A stretch of DNA of 64,000 bases, taken from positions 17,659 to 81,658 of the IMG/VR virus record IMGVR_UViG_3300021131_000003; one strand, written 5' to 3'. Position 1 is the stretch's first letter. The number at the start of each line of letters is the position of its first letter. The notes under the pieces are model-generated. The model was not told the origin of the DNA. It did not search any database and worked only from the letters and a program-made list of their open reading frames with translations. The position numbers and the translations under genes are program-made. This document shows positions 40,859 to 49,825 of this stretch, one piece after another. This DNA comes from a virus.

Positions 40859-41065
40859 TTACTTAGATGCGTCTGAAGATGCGCCTACGCCGAATGCGCC
40901 ATCCTTAGGGTTCAATGCACGGAGCAATGGACCTGCAACTGATGCAACTGCTGCGCTGATAAGCGCCTTTGAGTTGTGATTTCCTGCCATGTACATGGCG
41001 AGTACTGCGGAGACAGCTGTGCGAGCGTATGAGGCTGCTGCTGCTTGTAGTGCCTTTGAGTTCAT
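40859..41065 (-). CDS. Putative holin
   Basis: Two hydrophobic helices, SYART...LRALNPKD.AFG; directly after the endolysin. Confidence 0.75.
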   Translation of the reverse strand: MNSKALQAAAASYARTAVSAVLAMYMAGNHNSKALISAAVASVAGPLLRALNPKDGAFGVGASSDASK

Positions 41066-41079
41066 GTTTATCCTTTTTA

Positions 41080-41628
41080 TTAGGCTGTGTACTTTGGACG
41101 TCCAAAGCCAACAACAGTTGCCCAGAGGTGGCGTTTGTTATCCACACGGTAACCGCGGACGTTGGAAGCAACTTCTCCGCCGTTATCTGGACTACCAGAA
41201 GGCTTGTGGTCAGGAGATGTGTTCCCTTCCACAGTTGTAATCGTACCATCACCGTTATCTTTTAACACGACTCCTACGTGCTGAACTGGGGAGGTAGGCA
41301 GCGCATGTTGAATAAAACTGAAGAAAATAAGGTCTCCAGGCTGTGGGGTACCTGTAGCTGGGTCGATAATTGCATGGGTGTTCTTAAACGCCTCGTACCC
41401 AGCTGGTGTGTAAACAACGTTTGGAATTGTTACGTTCGCTTGTTTTGCACACCACATCATGAAGCTTCCGCACCATGCTTGACCGTCGTGGCCTGTGAAC
41501 TTGCCGTAATCAGTCTCGTTGTCTTTAGGGCCTTCTACGACACCTACCTGAGACATAGCTACTTCTAGAAAGCGCGCAGCTGAACCTGCAGGCTTAGTTG
41601 TTACTGGTGGTACTGGCTTTGCACTCAT
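41080..41628 (-). CDS. CHAP-domain endolysin
   Basis: WCGSF catalytic Cys, HVGVV, TVEGNT. Confidence 0.9.
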   Translation of the reverse strand: MSAKPVPPVTTKPAGSAARFLEVAMSQVGVVEGPKDNETDYGKFTGHDGQAWCGSFMMWCAKQANVTIPNVVYTPAGYEAFKNTHAIIDPATGTPQPGDLIFFSFIQHALPTSPVQHVGVVLKDNGDGTITTVEGNTSPDHKPSGSPDNGGEVASNVRGYRVDNKRHLWATVVGFGRPKYTA

Positions 41629-41936
41629 CCGTGCTCCTTTATGTGTTGTTCGAACGAACCCTCTAGCTTTGATAGTTTATCTCCGATATCAACTTGTCGG
41701 TCGGTTAGATTCTCAAGCATAGGGATAATCTGTAGGTTAATCTTATCATGCACAGAACCGCCGCCATTGGGGGTGAGCTCTTGAATTGCTGGGGCCATAG
41801 ACTTCTTTAAGTCTTCGGACTGCTCTGTTATTACGTGATAGATAGCCTTCTTAGCTATAAACCATAATACGCTTCCTACCGCACCTGTTACGAAGGTGTA
41901 TGAGTAGATTACTGTTGCCCAGTCAGATGATGTCAC
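41625..41936 (-). CDS. Membrane protein with coiled coil (lysis cassette)
   Basis: N-terminal TM helix; EL.PNGGGS..D motif. Confidence 0.7.
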   Translation of the reverse strand: MTSSDWATVIYSYTFVTGAVGSVLWFIAKKAIYHVITEQSEDLKKSMAPAIQELTPNGGGSVHDKINLQIIPMLENLTDRQVDIGDKLSKLEGSFEQHIKEHG

Positions 41937-42161
41937 GCGTATATCCGTTCATGAGTGTGATGTCAATGGATAAGCTTAGTGAGTATGTTCTACATGTAAG
42001 AATCACGAAATATACGAATAAACATAAGTTTACAGATAAATTGTGTATTTTCTATGTGAAGTCAGCGTTTATGACTTGACATGCTCCGTAACTCTTTGGT
42101 TTGCTAGTACATGACAGGGGGCACCAGCGATGGTGCCCTTAGCCAACTGAGAGGAGCAGCG

Positions 42162-42683
42162 ATGCTCAATATCAGAATTAATCTAACGATTAATCTAAGA
42201 AAGGTGTTTGCGGCAGGCCTAGCAATCTTTATGTTAGCGTCACACCTCATCTCACCTGCATATGCACTGACACGTACATCCTCTGTTCTACATGAGAGGG
42301 TCGTCACAGTGAATCTTACTTATTTAAAGGTAAGTACAACCAAATCCCAAGCAGAAGCCGCTGTAGCGAGCCCATATGCTAAGTACTTTGACCCAGAAGC
42401 CCTTGCGTTCCTGACAACCTATGCTCAGGGTATGCCTATGGCCGAATGGAAGTGCTTAGACAACATCTGGCAGCATGAGAGCCACTTCAACCCTAAAGCC
42501 CTAAACATGGGGTCTAAGGCTTTTGGTATCGCTCAATTCTTGCCAAGCACGTGGGGCAACTATAAGGTTACGAAGACAGCTAGCGCTGCACTACAAATTA
42601 AATACGGCCTACGGTACATCCACAACAGATACGGAGACGCATGTAATGCTTGGAACTTCTGGAAAACTCACGGGTGGTACTAA
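42162..42683 (+). CDS. Lytic transglycosylase (SLT/Rpf-like), secreted or membrane-anchored
   Basis: GAGGAG SD, signal-like N-terminus, W.CL..IW.HES.FNP.A, AFGIAQ, QI.YGLRYI..RYG..C.AW...GWY. Confidence 0.88.
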   Translation: MLNIRINLTINLRKVFAAGLAIFMLASHLISPAYALTRTSSVLHERVVTVNLTYLKVSTTKSQAEAAVASPYAKYFDPEALAFLTTYAQGMPMAEWKCLDNIWQHESHFNPKALNMGSKAFGIAQFLPSTWGNYKVTKTASAALQIKYGLRYIHNRYGDACNAWNFWKTHGWY

Positions 42684-42927
42684 TGCACCTTATTTTGATG
42701 GGAGCCAGGTCTGCGCTCAAGTAGACCCAGAGCTCTTCTTTCCCGAAGTAGATTCATCTAAACACGATATAAAACGAGCGCTTGCTATATGCAGCGACTG
42801 TGAGTTTAAGGAACCGTGTTTAGAGTTTGCCCTCACTCACGAGAACGAATACATATACGGTATATGGGGCGGTACAACCCCAAAGCAGCGTAGGTTAATA
42901 AAACAAGCTAGAAGAAGGCGTAGATAG
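42646..42927 (+). CDS. whiB: WhiB-family Fe-S transcription factor
   Basis: C..VDPELFFP...CxxC-x5-C, GIWGG, basic tail RRRRR. ATG at 42646 with GGAG SD. Confidence 0.93.
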   Translation: MLGTSGKLTGGTNAPYFDGSQVCAQVDPELFFPEVDSSKHDIKRALAICSDCEFKEPCLEFALTHENEYIYGIWGGTTPKQRRLIKQARRRRR

Positions 42928-42928
42928 C

Positions 42929-42960
42929 AAAAAGCCCCAGCCGATTGGCTGGGGCTTTTT
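42929..42960. terminator. Bidirectional terminator
   Basis: AAAAAGCCCCAGCC-GATT-GGCTGGGGCTTTTT between convergent genes. Confidence 0.92.
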
Positions 42961-42970
42961 ATTTAAGCTA

Positions 42971-44065
42971 TTAGGCCCAAGGTGTGAGTGTAACTGCAGC
43001 ACCTGCTGAGATTGATGCAGCACCAGCTGCAACGCTCTGGGTCTTGATTGTTCCTGTGGTTCCCTTAACTGTTGGGGTACCTGTAGGAGAAGCCACAGCG
43101 ATAGCGGTGGTGTTGTTAGATACGAACGATACAGTGTTTGTAGCGTTTGCAGTAACAGTCCATGTGCCGTTAAGTTCTGTGGTTGTAGCATCTGCAAGAC
43201 CAGCAATTGTAATCTTTGTACCAACTGGGAAGGCTGCGCCTGCGCCAGTAGCTGTTACAGTTGCGGTTGAAGAGCTAGCTGTACGAGCAGCAGCTGTGAT
43301 TGAGATTGGTGTGTTTGTAGCAGCTGAAGCTGTGGTCTGTACGAGTTCAGCGTCAGTCATAGCATCTACAGCATTTGCTGTGGTGAAGCCAAGGACGTTT
43401 GGAACTACTACATAATCTGTTCCGCTAACGTAAGCACCGTCACCAGCTGTAATAGCATTTGTGTACTCTGCCTTAGCGTATTGACCTGTAAGAGTTACGC
43501 CTGAACCAGCTGCGTTAGTCACTGTGAATGACTGACGTGTAGATGTAGCTACTGTTGCGTTTGAAAGGTTAAACGCGTTATTTGTGAAGCCTGTGATGTT
43601 TACAGCATCTCCTGGGTTCAAGAAGTTAAGAGATGTGTAGGTGATTGTTGTACCGTTACCTGAAGCCGCTGTAACAATGAAGTTACCTGGAGCTGGGGTG
43701 TATGAAGGGTATCCGCCCCAACCAGCTTCAGCACGAACGTGGTTGTCTGAAGGAACTGATTGTGTAATACCGTTATTAAGAGTTACTGTTGTGTTGCCAT
43801 AAGCAAGGTTACCTGAAGCAACATATGTGGTCTGTGACCAACCAGTGTCGCCTGTTGAACCGCCAGTCTGTGAGGCCGAAGCGCGGCGCTCATCGTTTGG
43901 CATAAGAGGGGTCTGACCCCATACAAAGTCAACTACTACGTTTCCTGCGGAATCTGTAGCGTGACCATCATTATTAACGCCGCCAGCTTGTGCCGCAATA
44001 GCTACTGCGTAAGCACCTGTAGCCTTTGGGTCACCAACCGCAGCTGGGTTGCTGTAACTTGACAT
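42971..44065 (-). CDS. PASTA-like domain protein with beta-module insertions
   Basis: VVVPNVLG.T.A.A...L ... GTIKTQSVAAG....GAAVTL. Confidence 0.7.
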   Translation of the reverse strand: MSSYSNPAAVGDPKATGAYAVAIAAQAGGVNNDGHATDSAGNVVVDFVWGQTPLMPNDERRASASQTGGSTGDTGWSQTTYVASGNLAYGNTTVTLNNGITQSVPSDNHVRAEAGWGGYPSYTPAPGNFIVTAASGNGTTITYTSLNFLNPGDAVNITGFTNNAFNLSNATVATSTRQSFTVTNAAGSGVTLTGQYAKAEYTNAITAGDGAYVSGTDYVVVPNVLGFTTANAVDAMTDAELVQTTASAATNTPISITAAARTASSSTATVTATGAGAAFPVGTKITIAGLADATTTELNGTWTVTANATNTVSFVSNNTTAIAVASPTGTPTVKGTTGTIKTQSVAAGAASISAGAAVTLTPWA

Positions 44066-44152
44066 GAATTACCTTTTCTCTAGAGAGGTGTAACGCCTGA
44101 TATCATGGGCGCAAGATTAAGTATCCCTTAGAGAATTGGATATTGTCAGGGC

Positions 44153-44932
44153 TTATCGATTAGCTTGTTCCCAAGTCTTAACTGCTGAGTCAGGGTCGGC
44201 TTGATATGGGGCAGTTGTGCCATCTGGTCTAGGAATCTTAACGTCTTCTCTGATTGGGTCAGAAGGCATGCGCTTACCCCAATAACCCATTGGATAGATA
44301 AACGGCTCAGCGTTAGGATTGTTAGTGGGAGTTGGAAGCGGGTTCTCGTTCCATACGCCTTCTTCGGTAACTAATGAGGTTATGCAATAGCGTTCTCCAG
44401 AGGTTACTAATTCAACCCCGTGCTTAGTATCTCCGCTATGAAACACTACTGAACCTGCGACTGGCTTATATTTAAATCCGTACTCTGGGTATGAAATCTC
44501 CCCGCCCTCATAATCATCGTTAGGATAGATTACGGCGCCCCAAATGATTGGCTGCGGCATGTGGCGTTGATTATCAATGTGATAGAACATCTCCACAGTC
44601 GTATCACCCGTTGGGTTAGAGCCAGGCCACATCTTGATAAAGCTAACAGGGTTAGGTTTCCACTCTGTTTGGCGAACTGTATTTAATGTATCAATAATAC
44701 GTTGTACTAGATTAGGTGCTATATCGTTTACAGGTTCAAATGAGTTCTCTAGACCAGGTAGGTTAGAGGAAGAGAGATTGAACAAACGCTGTTTCCAGAA
44801 CTTAACTGGGTTTACAGGTAACTTATCCCACTCATAGTGCCTCATCCACTCCGATACGCGCTTGGTCTCTTCTGGTGTGAAGAAGTCGTAAGCAATCATA
44901 ACGTTTCCGTCGCAATGGGTCTCTATTCTCAT
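44153..44932 (-). CDS. 2OG-Fe(II) oxygenase, prolyl-4-hydroxylase-like
   Basis: HID, IYPNDDYEGGEI.YP, HGVELVTSGERY. Confidence 0.9.
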   Translation of the reverse strand: MRIETHCDGNVMIAYDFFTPEETKRVSEWMRHYEWDKLPVNPVKFWKQRLFNLSSSNLPGLENSFEPVNDIAPNLVQRIIDTLNTVRQTEWKPNPVSFIKMWPGSNPTGDTTVEMFYHIDNQRHMPQPIIWGAVIYPNDDYEGGEISYPEYGFKYKPVAGSVVFHSGDTKHGVELVTSGERYCITSLVTEEGVWNENPLPTPTNNPNAEPFIYPMGYWGKRMPSDPIREDVKIPRPDGTTAPYQADPDSAVKTWEQANR

Positions 44933-44941
44933 TTTAAGCTC

Positions 44942-45715
44942 CTAATTAAACTTGTAAAATAGCTCGTCAGTTGAGTATACGTGATAATCAGTTCTTATTT
45001 TAGGCCAAATATGCCTTTTAGCCTCTTCATCAAAGTCTTCAGAGAACTTTTTAACATCAGGCACTACTATTAGCTCGTTAAGCCTATTCAAATACGGAAG
45101 TCGAGTTTCATAGTCTTTCTTAACCTGCTCAAGGCTTACCGACAACCCTAAGTCTTTAATTAGCTTATCTGCTATGACCATAGGGTCTTTAGGGATGTCT
45201 TCCATACGCATTAAGAAGTTTACGCGCTTAGCTCTTTCTAATACTGTCAAGATTCCAGCCTCAGCATCAATAGACGGGTCAATTGGCCCGTGAATGAATG
45301 GTCGCGTATATAAGAAGTTTTTAGCTTGAAAGTTATTCATCATGTGCGGGATAACGCCATCTTGACCGTAATACAAAGAGCCTATAAGGATGCGCTTATC
45401 AAACAGGGAGGGGTCATACGATGGCGGATTAGGGTAAATTTGAGGCTTACTCTTATTAGCCACTATAAGTTGAAAGAATAAACTTGATATGTGCGTAGAC
45501 GGGTCTCTAAGAGTAGACATGATGTAGGTATTCTCATCAATGTCTGGGTGCCAACAAGCGTGAGCCGTTGGGTTCTCAATAGGCACAGGGTTTATAACGT
45601 TTATTCCGTCTTCCCGCATGTAGGGGATTAGAAAGTTTATAACGTTATTTAATATGAACCGCCCGCCAGTTCTAGGTATGTGTAGATGATAAAACGATTT
45701 ATAAGAGGTTCTCAT
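44942..45715 (-). CDS. Sulfotransferase (PAPS-dependent)
   Basis: 5'-PSB loop HLHIPRTGG; 3'-PB LRDP....SS; NFQ; C-terminal D..VY. Confidence 0.82.
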   Translation of the reverse strand: MRTSYKSFYHLHIPRTGGRFILNNVINFLIPYMREDGINVINPVPIENPTAHACWHPDIDENTYIMSTLRDPSTHISSLFFQLIVANKSKPQIYPNPPSYDPSLFDKRILIGSLYYGQDGVIPHMMNNFQAKNFLYTRPFIHGPIDPSIDAEAGILTVLERAKRVNFLMRMEDIPKDPMVIADKLIKDLGLSVSLEQVKKDYETRLPYLNRLNELIVVPDVKKFSEDFDEEAKRHIWPKIRTDYHVYSTDELFYKFN

Positions 45716-46413
45716 TATAGATACTTAGCTTTTTCCTCATCAGAGGCATACATTAAGTTTGCATCCCTATGAGCATACGCATTTCTATCATTCATAATTA
45801 CAAATGCGTATTTGAACTTATCATCAAGTATAGGTTCAGCTTTATGAGCATATACGTAATTAGACGGCATAATAACAAAGTCACCAGCTGTCGCTTTATA
45901 TTTTACGTTAAAGTTTGAAAAAGTTAGCTCTCCACCCTCGTAGTCATCATTGGGGTAGCCTACAGCAGATACTACGCACCTATACGAGTGACCATCATCA
46001 GAGTGCTCATTGAAGTATTCACCCATGCCATATCTGACTACGCTATTGACTTCGTGAAACTTCATTATCCCACAGCGGTATAGGGTTGAGTAATGCTGTA
46101 GGCATTGCTCTAAAGCCTCCGTAATAAGCTTATCTACTTCAAATAAGTCTTTTGAGTATTCATCCTCTTCACCAAGTAATCTTGGTGCAAGTTTAAAGTC
46201 CTTACAACGTCTATGCTCGGTGTTTAATGATTCGAACCCAACTCGCGCATCTTTCCAAGCAAAACGGGTACCTTCTTTAGCTAAAGCCGCTTCAATACGG
46301 TTTACTAGGTTCCACTCTTGCTTTAAAGAGTTTTTATAAACAACTATGCCAGGACCTAAGGTTTCATACTCAAGTTGGACTGGAGTGCCGTTCCAATCAA
46401 TAGTTGCGTTCAC
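45715..46413 (-). CDS. 2OG-Fe(II) oxygenase, prolyl-4-hydroxylase-like
   Basis: EHSDD, YPNDDYEGGELTF, PSNYVYAH.A.PI...KY. Confidence 0.9.
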   Translation of the reverse strand: MNATIDWNGTPVQLEYETLGPGIVVYKNSLKQEWNLVNRIEAALAKEGTRFAWKDARVGFESLNTEHRRCKDFKLAPRLLGEEDEYSKDLFEVDKLITEALEQCLQHYSTLYRCGIMKFHEVNSVVRYGMGEYFNEHSDDGHSYRCVVSAVGYPNDDYEGGELTFSNFNVKYKATAGDFVIMPSNYVYAHKAEPILDDKFKYAFVIMNDRNAYAHRDANLMYASDEEKAKYL

Positions 46414-46676
46414 TCACGACCCCACTTTACCTTGTTCCAAATGCGTTCGTGATAGTAGTACAGAACAATCTTAACAACTAGCTCAATACCAGAAGCCGCC
46501 AAAGCCAACTTACCGTTATGCGTTAAGCCATAGATAATCAAGAACGAGATTAAGTTTCCAAAGAATCTCCAGCTCACTGCCTTAGCAAGTGAACGTGCGT
46601 GAGATACCCACATAATTGGTTCTCTTTCCATATCTGTAGACCATAACCTTTCTTCGGCGTCTCCAATACCTTCCAT
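46410..46676 (-). CDS. DUF2061-like small membrane protein
   Basis: RSLAKAVSWR..G...K.VLYY.HERIW..V.WG. Confidence 0.8.
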   Translation of the reverse strand: MEGIGDAEERLWSTDMEREPIMWVSHARSLAKAVSWRFFGNLISFLIIYGLTHNGKLALAASGIELVVKIVLYYYHERIWNKVKWGRE

Positions 46677-46680
46677 ACCC

Positions 46681-47433
46681 TCATATACCCATTTCGCGGC
46701 GCTTTTGAGTGGCGCTAATAGCTTCAATGTCGTCTCCTAACTTAACTTGCTCAATCCTGTATCCAACGTCTCGACCGTAAACGATGTTAGTAATGTTTGG
46801 CATCTTGACAACCATAGGGTTAAAGAGATGTTCGTCTTCCTCAATATAGCCTTTGACCTCTGAAAAAGTTAGCGGGTCTTTCTCACTTGTGCCTTGAGTA
46901 TCGCGTACACCAATCATGACCTGTGGGGTACGCTCAGTGGCTGCATCATAGAGAGCATGATGACCTTCATGCCAAGGTTGATAACGACCAAGCATGAGAG
47001 TTGTAGGCGCTTTCCAATCAGGAAGGCCAAAGTACTGCACAATGTCTTTTGCAAGTATCTTAGCATTCTTCTCTAAACACTTGTAATCCCAGCGTGTAGG
47101 CGTTTCCCATAGCTTGTTAGTGTCTTCAAAACGGCCTTCTTGGATAGTATCCATCCAAATAACAATATCAGCTTCACCAAAAGCTTCACGCGTTGCCTGG
47201 GTTGGGCAGATAAAGTCAACCACTACATCAAGGTTTTGGTTTGAAAGCATCTTAGCCATCTCACCCATGCGTCGAGAGTGCTCAATACGGTCTTCTGGTG
47301 AAAAACCCAAATCCGAATTAATAGTGGACCGTACATAGTCTGCGTTTAGGTGAACGGCGTTTATTCGGCTGGCTAGTTCTGTAGCCAGAGTGGTCTTTCC
47401 AGACCCTGGTAAACCAATAATCTGGATAATCAA
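46681..47433 (-). CDS. cysC: Adenylylsulfate kinase fused to an HxGH nucleotidyltransferase (putative mini PAPS synthase)
   Basis: GLPGSGKTT, LNAD.VR, DLGFSPEDR, FICP; C-terminal GRYQPWHEGH, YGRDVG, ISAT..R. Confidence 0.85.
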   Translation of the reverse strand: MIIQIIGLPGSGKTTLATELASRINAVHLNADYVRSTINSDLGFSPEDRIEHSRRMGEMAKMLSNQNLDVVVDFICPTQATREAFGEADIVIWMDTIQEGRFEDTNKLWETPTRWDYKCLEKNAKILAKDIVQYFGLPDWKAPTTLMLGRYQPWHEGHHALYDAATERTPQVMIGVRDTQGTSEKDPLTFSEVKGYIEEDEHLFNPMVVKMPNITNIVYGRDVGYRIEQVKLGDDIEAISATQKRREMGI

Positions 47434-47444
47434 ATGGGTACTCC

Positions 47445-49001
47445 TTAGGTCTTGGTTGGTGGGCGGTAGTTGTGGGTAAGTATACCCTCTGCGTAGAACA
47501 AATCGTTAGGTTCGACATCCAACATAGAGACTTCAATAGGCTCCTGTTTGATATCAATAGAGGTGATGTTGACAGGTGCGTTATTCTCATCAACAAGCCT
47601 ATCGCCAACCTTAAGGTTAGCCATCTGCTGGAACTGCCATACGCCATCGCGCTCAATGAACATCCAGTGTTCCCACGTGAGTTTGTACTGTCCGTTTACT
47701 AGGTAGTAATAAGGCTCTGTATATTGATGGTTGTAGGTGACCTTAGTGGTGCGCTTAGTAATGGTTGAAACAGTATCAGTAGACCAAACAGAGCTTGGGA
47801 ACCATTTAGAACTATCTTCACCGTTTGGATAGGTTGGGATATCAGCGGTCATAACCTCATCGCCAACCTGAAGGTACTCAATAGCAATCTTAGTTCCATC
47901 TGCCTTTGTAACCATAGAACCAACTGCCCAACATCCACCAAAGCTTGGAGTAGCAATAATTACGGTTGGGGTAGCAATAATAACAGGATGGCTAATAGGC
48001 GTAGCGATAATTACTGGCGTAGCAATAATAACTGGCGTAGCAATAATAACTGGGGTAGCAATAATAACAGAATGGCTAATTGGCGTAGCAATAATAGGAG
48101 CGCTGGTAATAGTCAAGGAAGTTCCAATAACTGGTACCTGACCGTCGTAGAGGGTTACTGAGTAGCCACCGTTTGATAATGATGGACAGGTAAATGACAC
48201 CGAGTAAAGACTCTGACTATAACCAACATAGGTATTTCCAACAGTAAGATTAGTAAGAGCCTTAGGGAAGTAGCCGCTAACGGTAACTGTTTGACCCGCA
48301 TAAGCTGGGTTTGGAGAGATACCAGAGATAGAGTTTTGCTGAGCTGGGGTAGCAATAATAAAGCTTGGAGTAGCGATAATTGGGGCAGCAGCTACGGTTA
48401 CTGAGTTACTTGCAACAGAGGCGACGCCAGTTCCATTAGCATTAGTAGCAGTAATAGTAAATGTGTACGGAACACCAGAGCTTAGTCCAGTTACTGTAAT
48501 AGAACCAGCAGTTGTAGCTGTTCCAGTTTTACCGCCTGGTGAAGATGTAGCTGTATAAAGAGTAATGGTTTTTCCGCCATTATCAACTGGTGCAGCAAAG
48601 CTAACAGTGGCAGCACCGCTTCCAGCGCTACCTGCAGTAGCGGAGATAGTCTGAACAGTAGTAGGTACTGTTGTTACGTTAGCGGTTGCAGCTGGGGATG
48701 ATGGTGTTGATGAGCCTTGAGAGTTAACCGCCGTAACCGTAAATGAATAAGGTGAAAGCTGAGAGGGCATGCCTGTAATCTGTATAGGAGAGGCACTTCC
48801 AGTAGCTGTAAATGAAACACCAGAAGCAGTAGCAGTAGCTATATAACTTGTAGCTGGCGCGCCAGTAGATGCTGCAGTAAACGCTACGTTAGCCGCGCCG
48901 TTATACCAAGGCCTATTTGTTCCTACGTCAGTTGCTGTTACGCCAGTAGGTGGGTTTGGGCCTACCTGACGTGATGAGTGGGTAACACCAATAATAGGCA
49001 T
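47445..49001 (-). CDS. Fn3/Fn3/IPT protein with IIATP repeats and a C-terminal Hint (BIL-like) domain
   Basis: GG|CWAVGSMV..ADG...IE.L.VGDEV; block B TWEH; LKVGD; FYAEGILTHN|Y. Confidence 0.88.
   Translation of the reverse strand: MPIIGVTHSSRQVGPNPPTGVTATDVGTNRPWYNGAANVAFTAASTGAPATSYIATATASGVSFTATGSASPIQITGMPSQLSPYSFTVTAVNSQGSSTPSSPAATANVTTVPTTVQTISATAGSAGSGAATVSFAAPVDNGGKTITLYTATSSPGGKTGTATTAGSITVTGLSSGVPYTFTITATNANGTGVASVASNSVTVAAAPIIATPSFIIATPAQQNSISGISPNPAYAGQTVTVSGYFPKALTNLTVGNTYVGYSQSLYSVSFTCPSLSNGGYSVTLYDGQVPVIGTSLTITSAPIIATPISHSVIIATPVIIATPVIIATPVIIATPISHPVIIATPTVIIATPSFGGCWAVGSMVTKADGTKIAIEYLQVGDEVMTADIPTYPNGEDSSKWFPSSVWSTDTVSTITKRTTKVTYNHQYTEPYYYLVNGQYKLTWEHWMFIERDGVWQFQQMANLKVGDRLVDENNAPVNITSIDIKQEPIEVSMLDVEPNDLFYAEGILTHNYRPPTKT
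47948..48095 (-). repeat. Coding tandem repeats of (V)IIATP, 18-bp core, 7 copies (2 more near 48345-48385)
   Basis: Repeated gtagcaataat(a/t)ac units on the plus strand. Confidence 0.9.
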
Positions 49002-49799
49002 TTAAGCACTCAAATCGCCAACAAGCACCCAGTTATTCGTACCTAAACAGATTAAGGTAGCAGAAGAGTATGCCGTTCTTAGTTTTAGTCCTGGTGTTCC
49101 GTTAAGAGTAACGCCCGTTCCCGCTACGCTTACTCCTGATGTTAAAGCTAGTAAGTGAATCTGCGCACCCGCAGAGAGCGAGCTCAAGCTAGTTGTTACG
49201 TTAAATGCAAAAGCGCCGTTCATCTGAACCATAGTTGCAGAGTCGCTTGGAGCTAATGTGTAGGCCGCAGTCTTAGCCGAGGTATTGACTGCAAAAGAGA
49301 TATAAGAAGTAGAGTCTGTGGACCCATCGGCTTTTAAGAACTGGCTAGAGGTTCCGCTGCTTTTAACAAAAGAGGTTGCAGTAAGGTTACCGCTCTGGTC
49401 AACAGAGGCAAGGGTTGAGCCAGTGTTGCTTTGCCAATCCTGTAGCACTACAGACTGTCCAGATACGCCTTTTATCGTTAAACCCTTAGTTGTTGTGTTA
49501 GGGGTTGTAATAACGTTAGCGTTATCGCTAGTCTTACGGATGTACTGTGTATGGGTATCGGTTACGATTCCCGCTTCAAGGTTATTAAGACGAGCAGCTA
49601 CTGTTCCAAAGGTACCAGTTGGGGTTGTATAAGAGCTAGAAGATGTAGCGTTAGAGCCAACAGCTGGGTTAGCTCCCACAGTCTGCTCAATGATGGTGAT
49701 TTCATCCATCATGTTGTTAATATCTGTAGCGTCTACAATATCTACAGTATTAGCTCTGTGGACAAATCCAGGGTTGGTTCCACTTGGATACGTTGCCAT
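49002..49799 (-). CDS. Fibre adaptor-like protein
   Basis: MATYP...V.A.DIN...EI..IE..VG.NP head; C-terminal domain paralogous to 19259-19846 (PGLK.R...ATL...WVLVGDLSA). Confidence 0.75.
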   Translation of the reverse strand: MATYPSGTNPGFVHRANTVDIVDATDINNMMDEITIIEQTVGANPAVGSNATSSSSYTTPTGTFGTVAARLNNLEAGIVTDTHTQYIRKTSDNANVITTPNTTTKGLTIKGVSGQSVVLQDWQSNTGSTLASVDQSGNLTATSFVKSSGTSSQFLKADGSTDSTSYISFAVNTSAKTAAYTLAPSDSATMVQMNGAFAFNVTTSLSSLSAGAQIHLLALTSGVSVAGTGVTLNGTPGLKLRTAYSSATLICLGTNNWVLVGDLSA

Positions 49800-49825
49800 C
49801 TTGTTCCCTTCAAGCCGTAGGTTCT

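Noticed and set aside
36661-44155. Upstream regions at 36.67, 39.25, 42.0 and 44.12 kb as members of the TTTA-N25 promoter class
   Set aside because: They have -10-like boxes, but the upstream TTTA is missing or off-register, so they were left out of the consensus.
47445-47933. Canonical mobile intein
   Set aside because: No endonuclease domain, the +1 residue is Tyr, and the C-extein is 7 aa; treated as BIL-like.
47948-48095. 18-bp repeats as a CRISPR array
   Set aside because: In-frame coding repeats with synonymous variation and no unique spacers; no cas genes.
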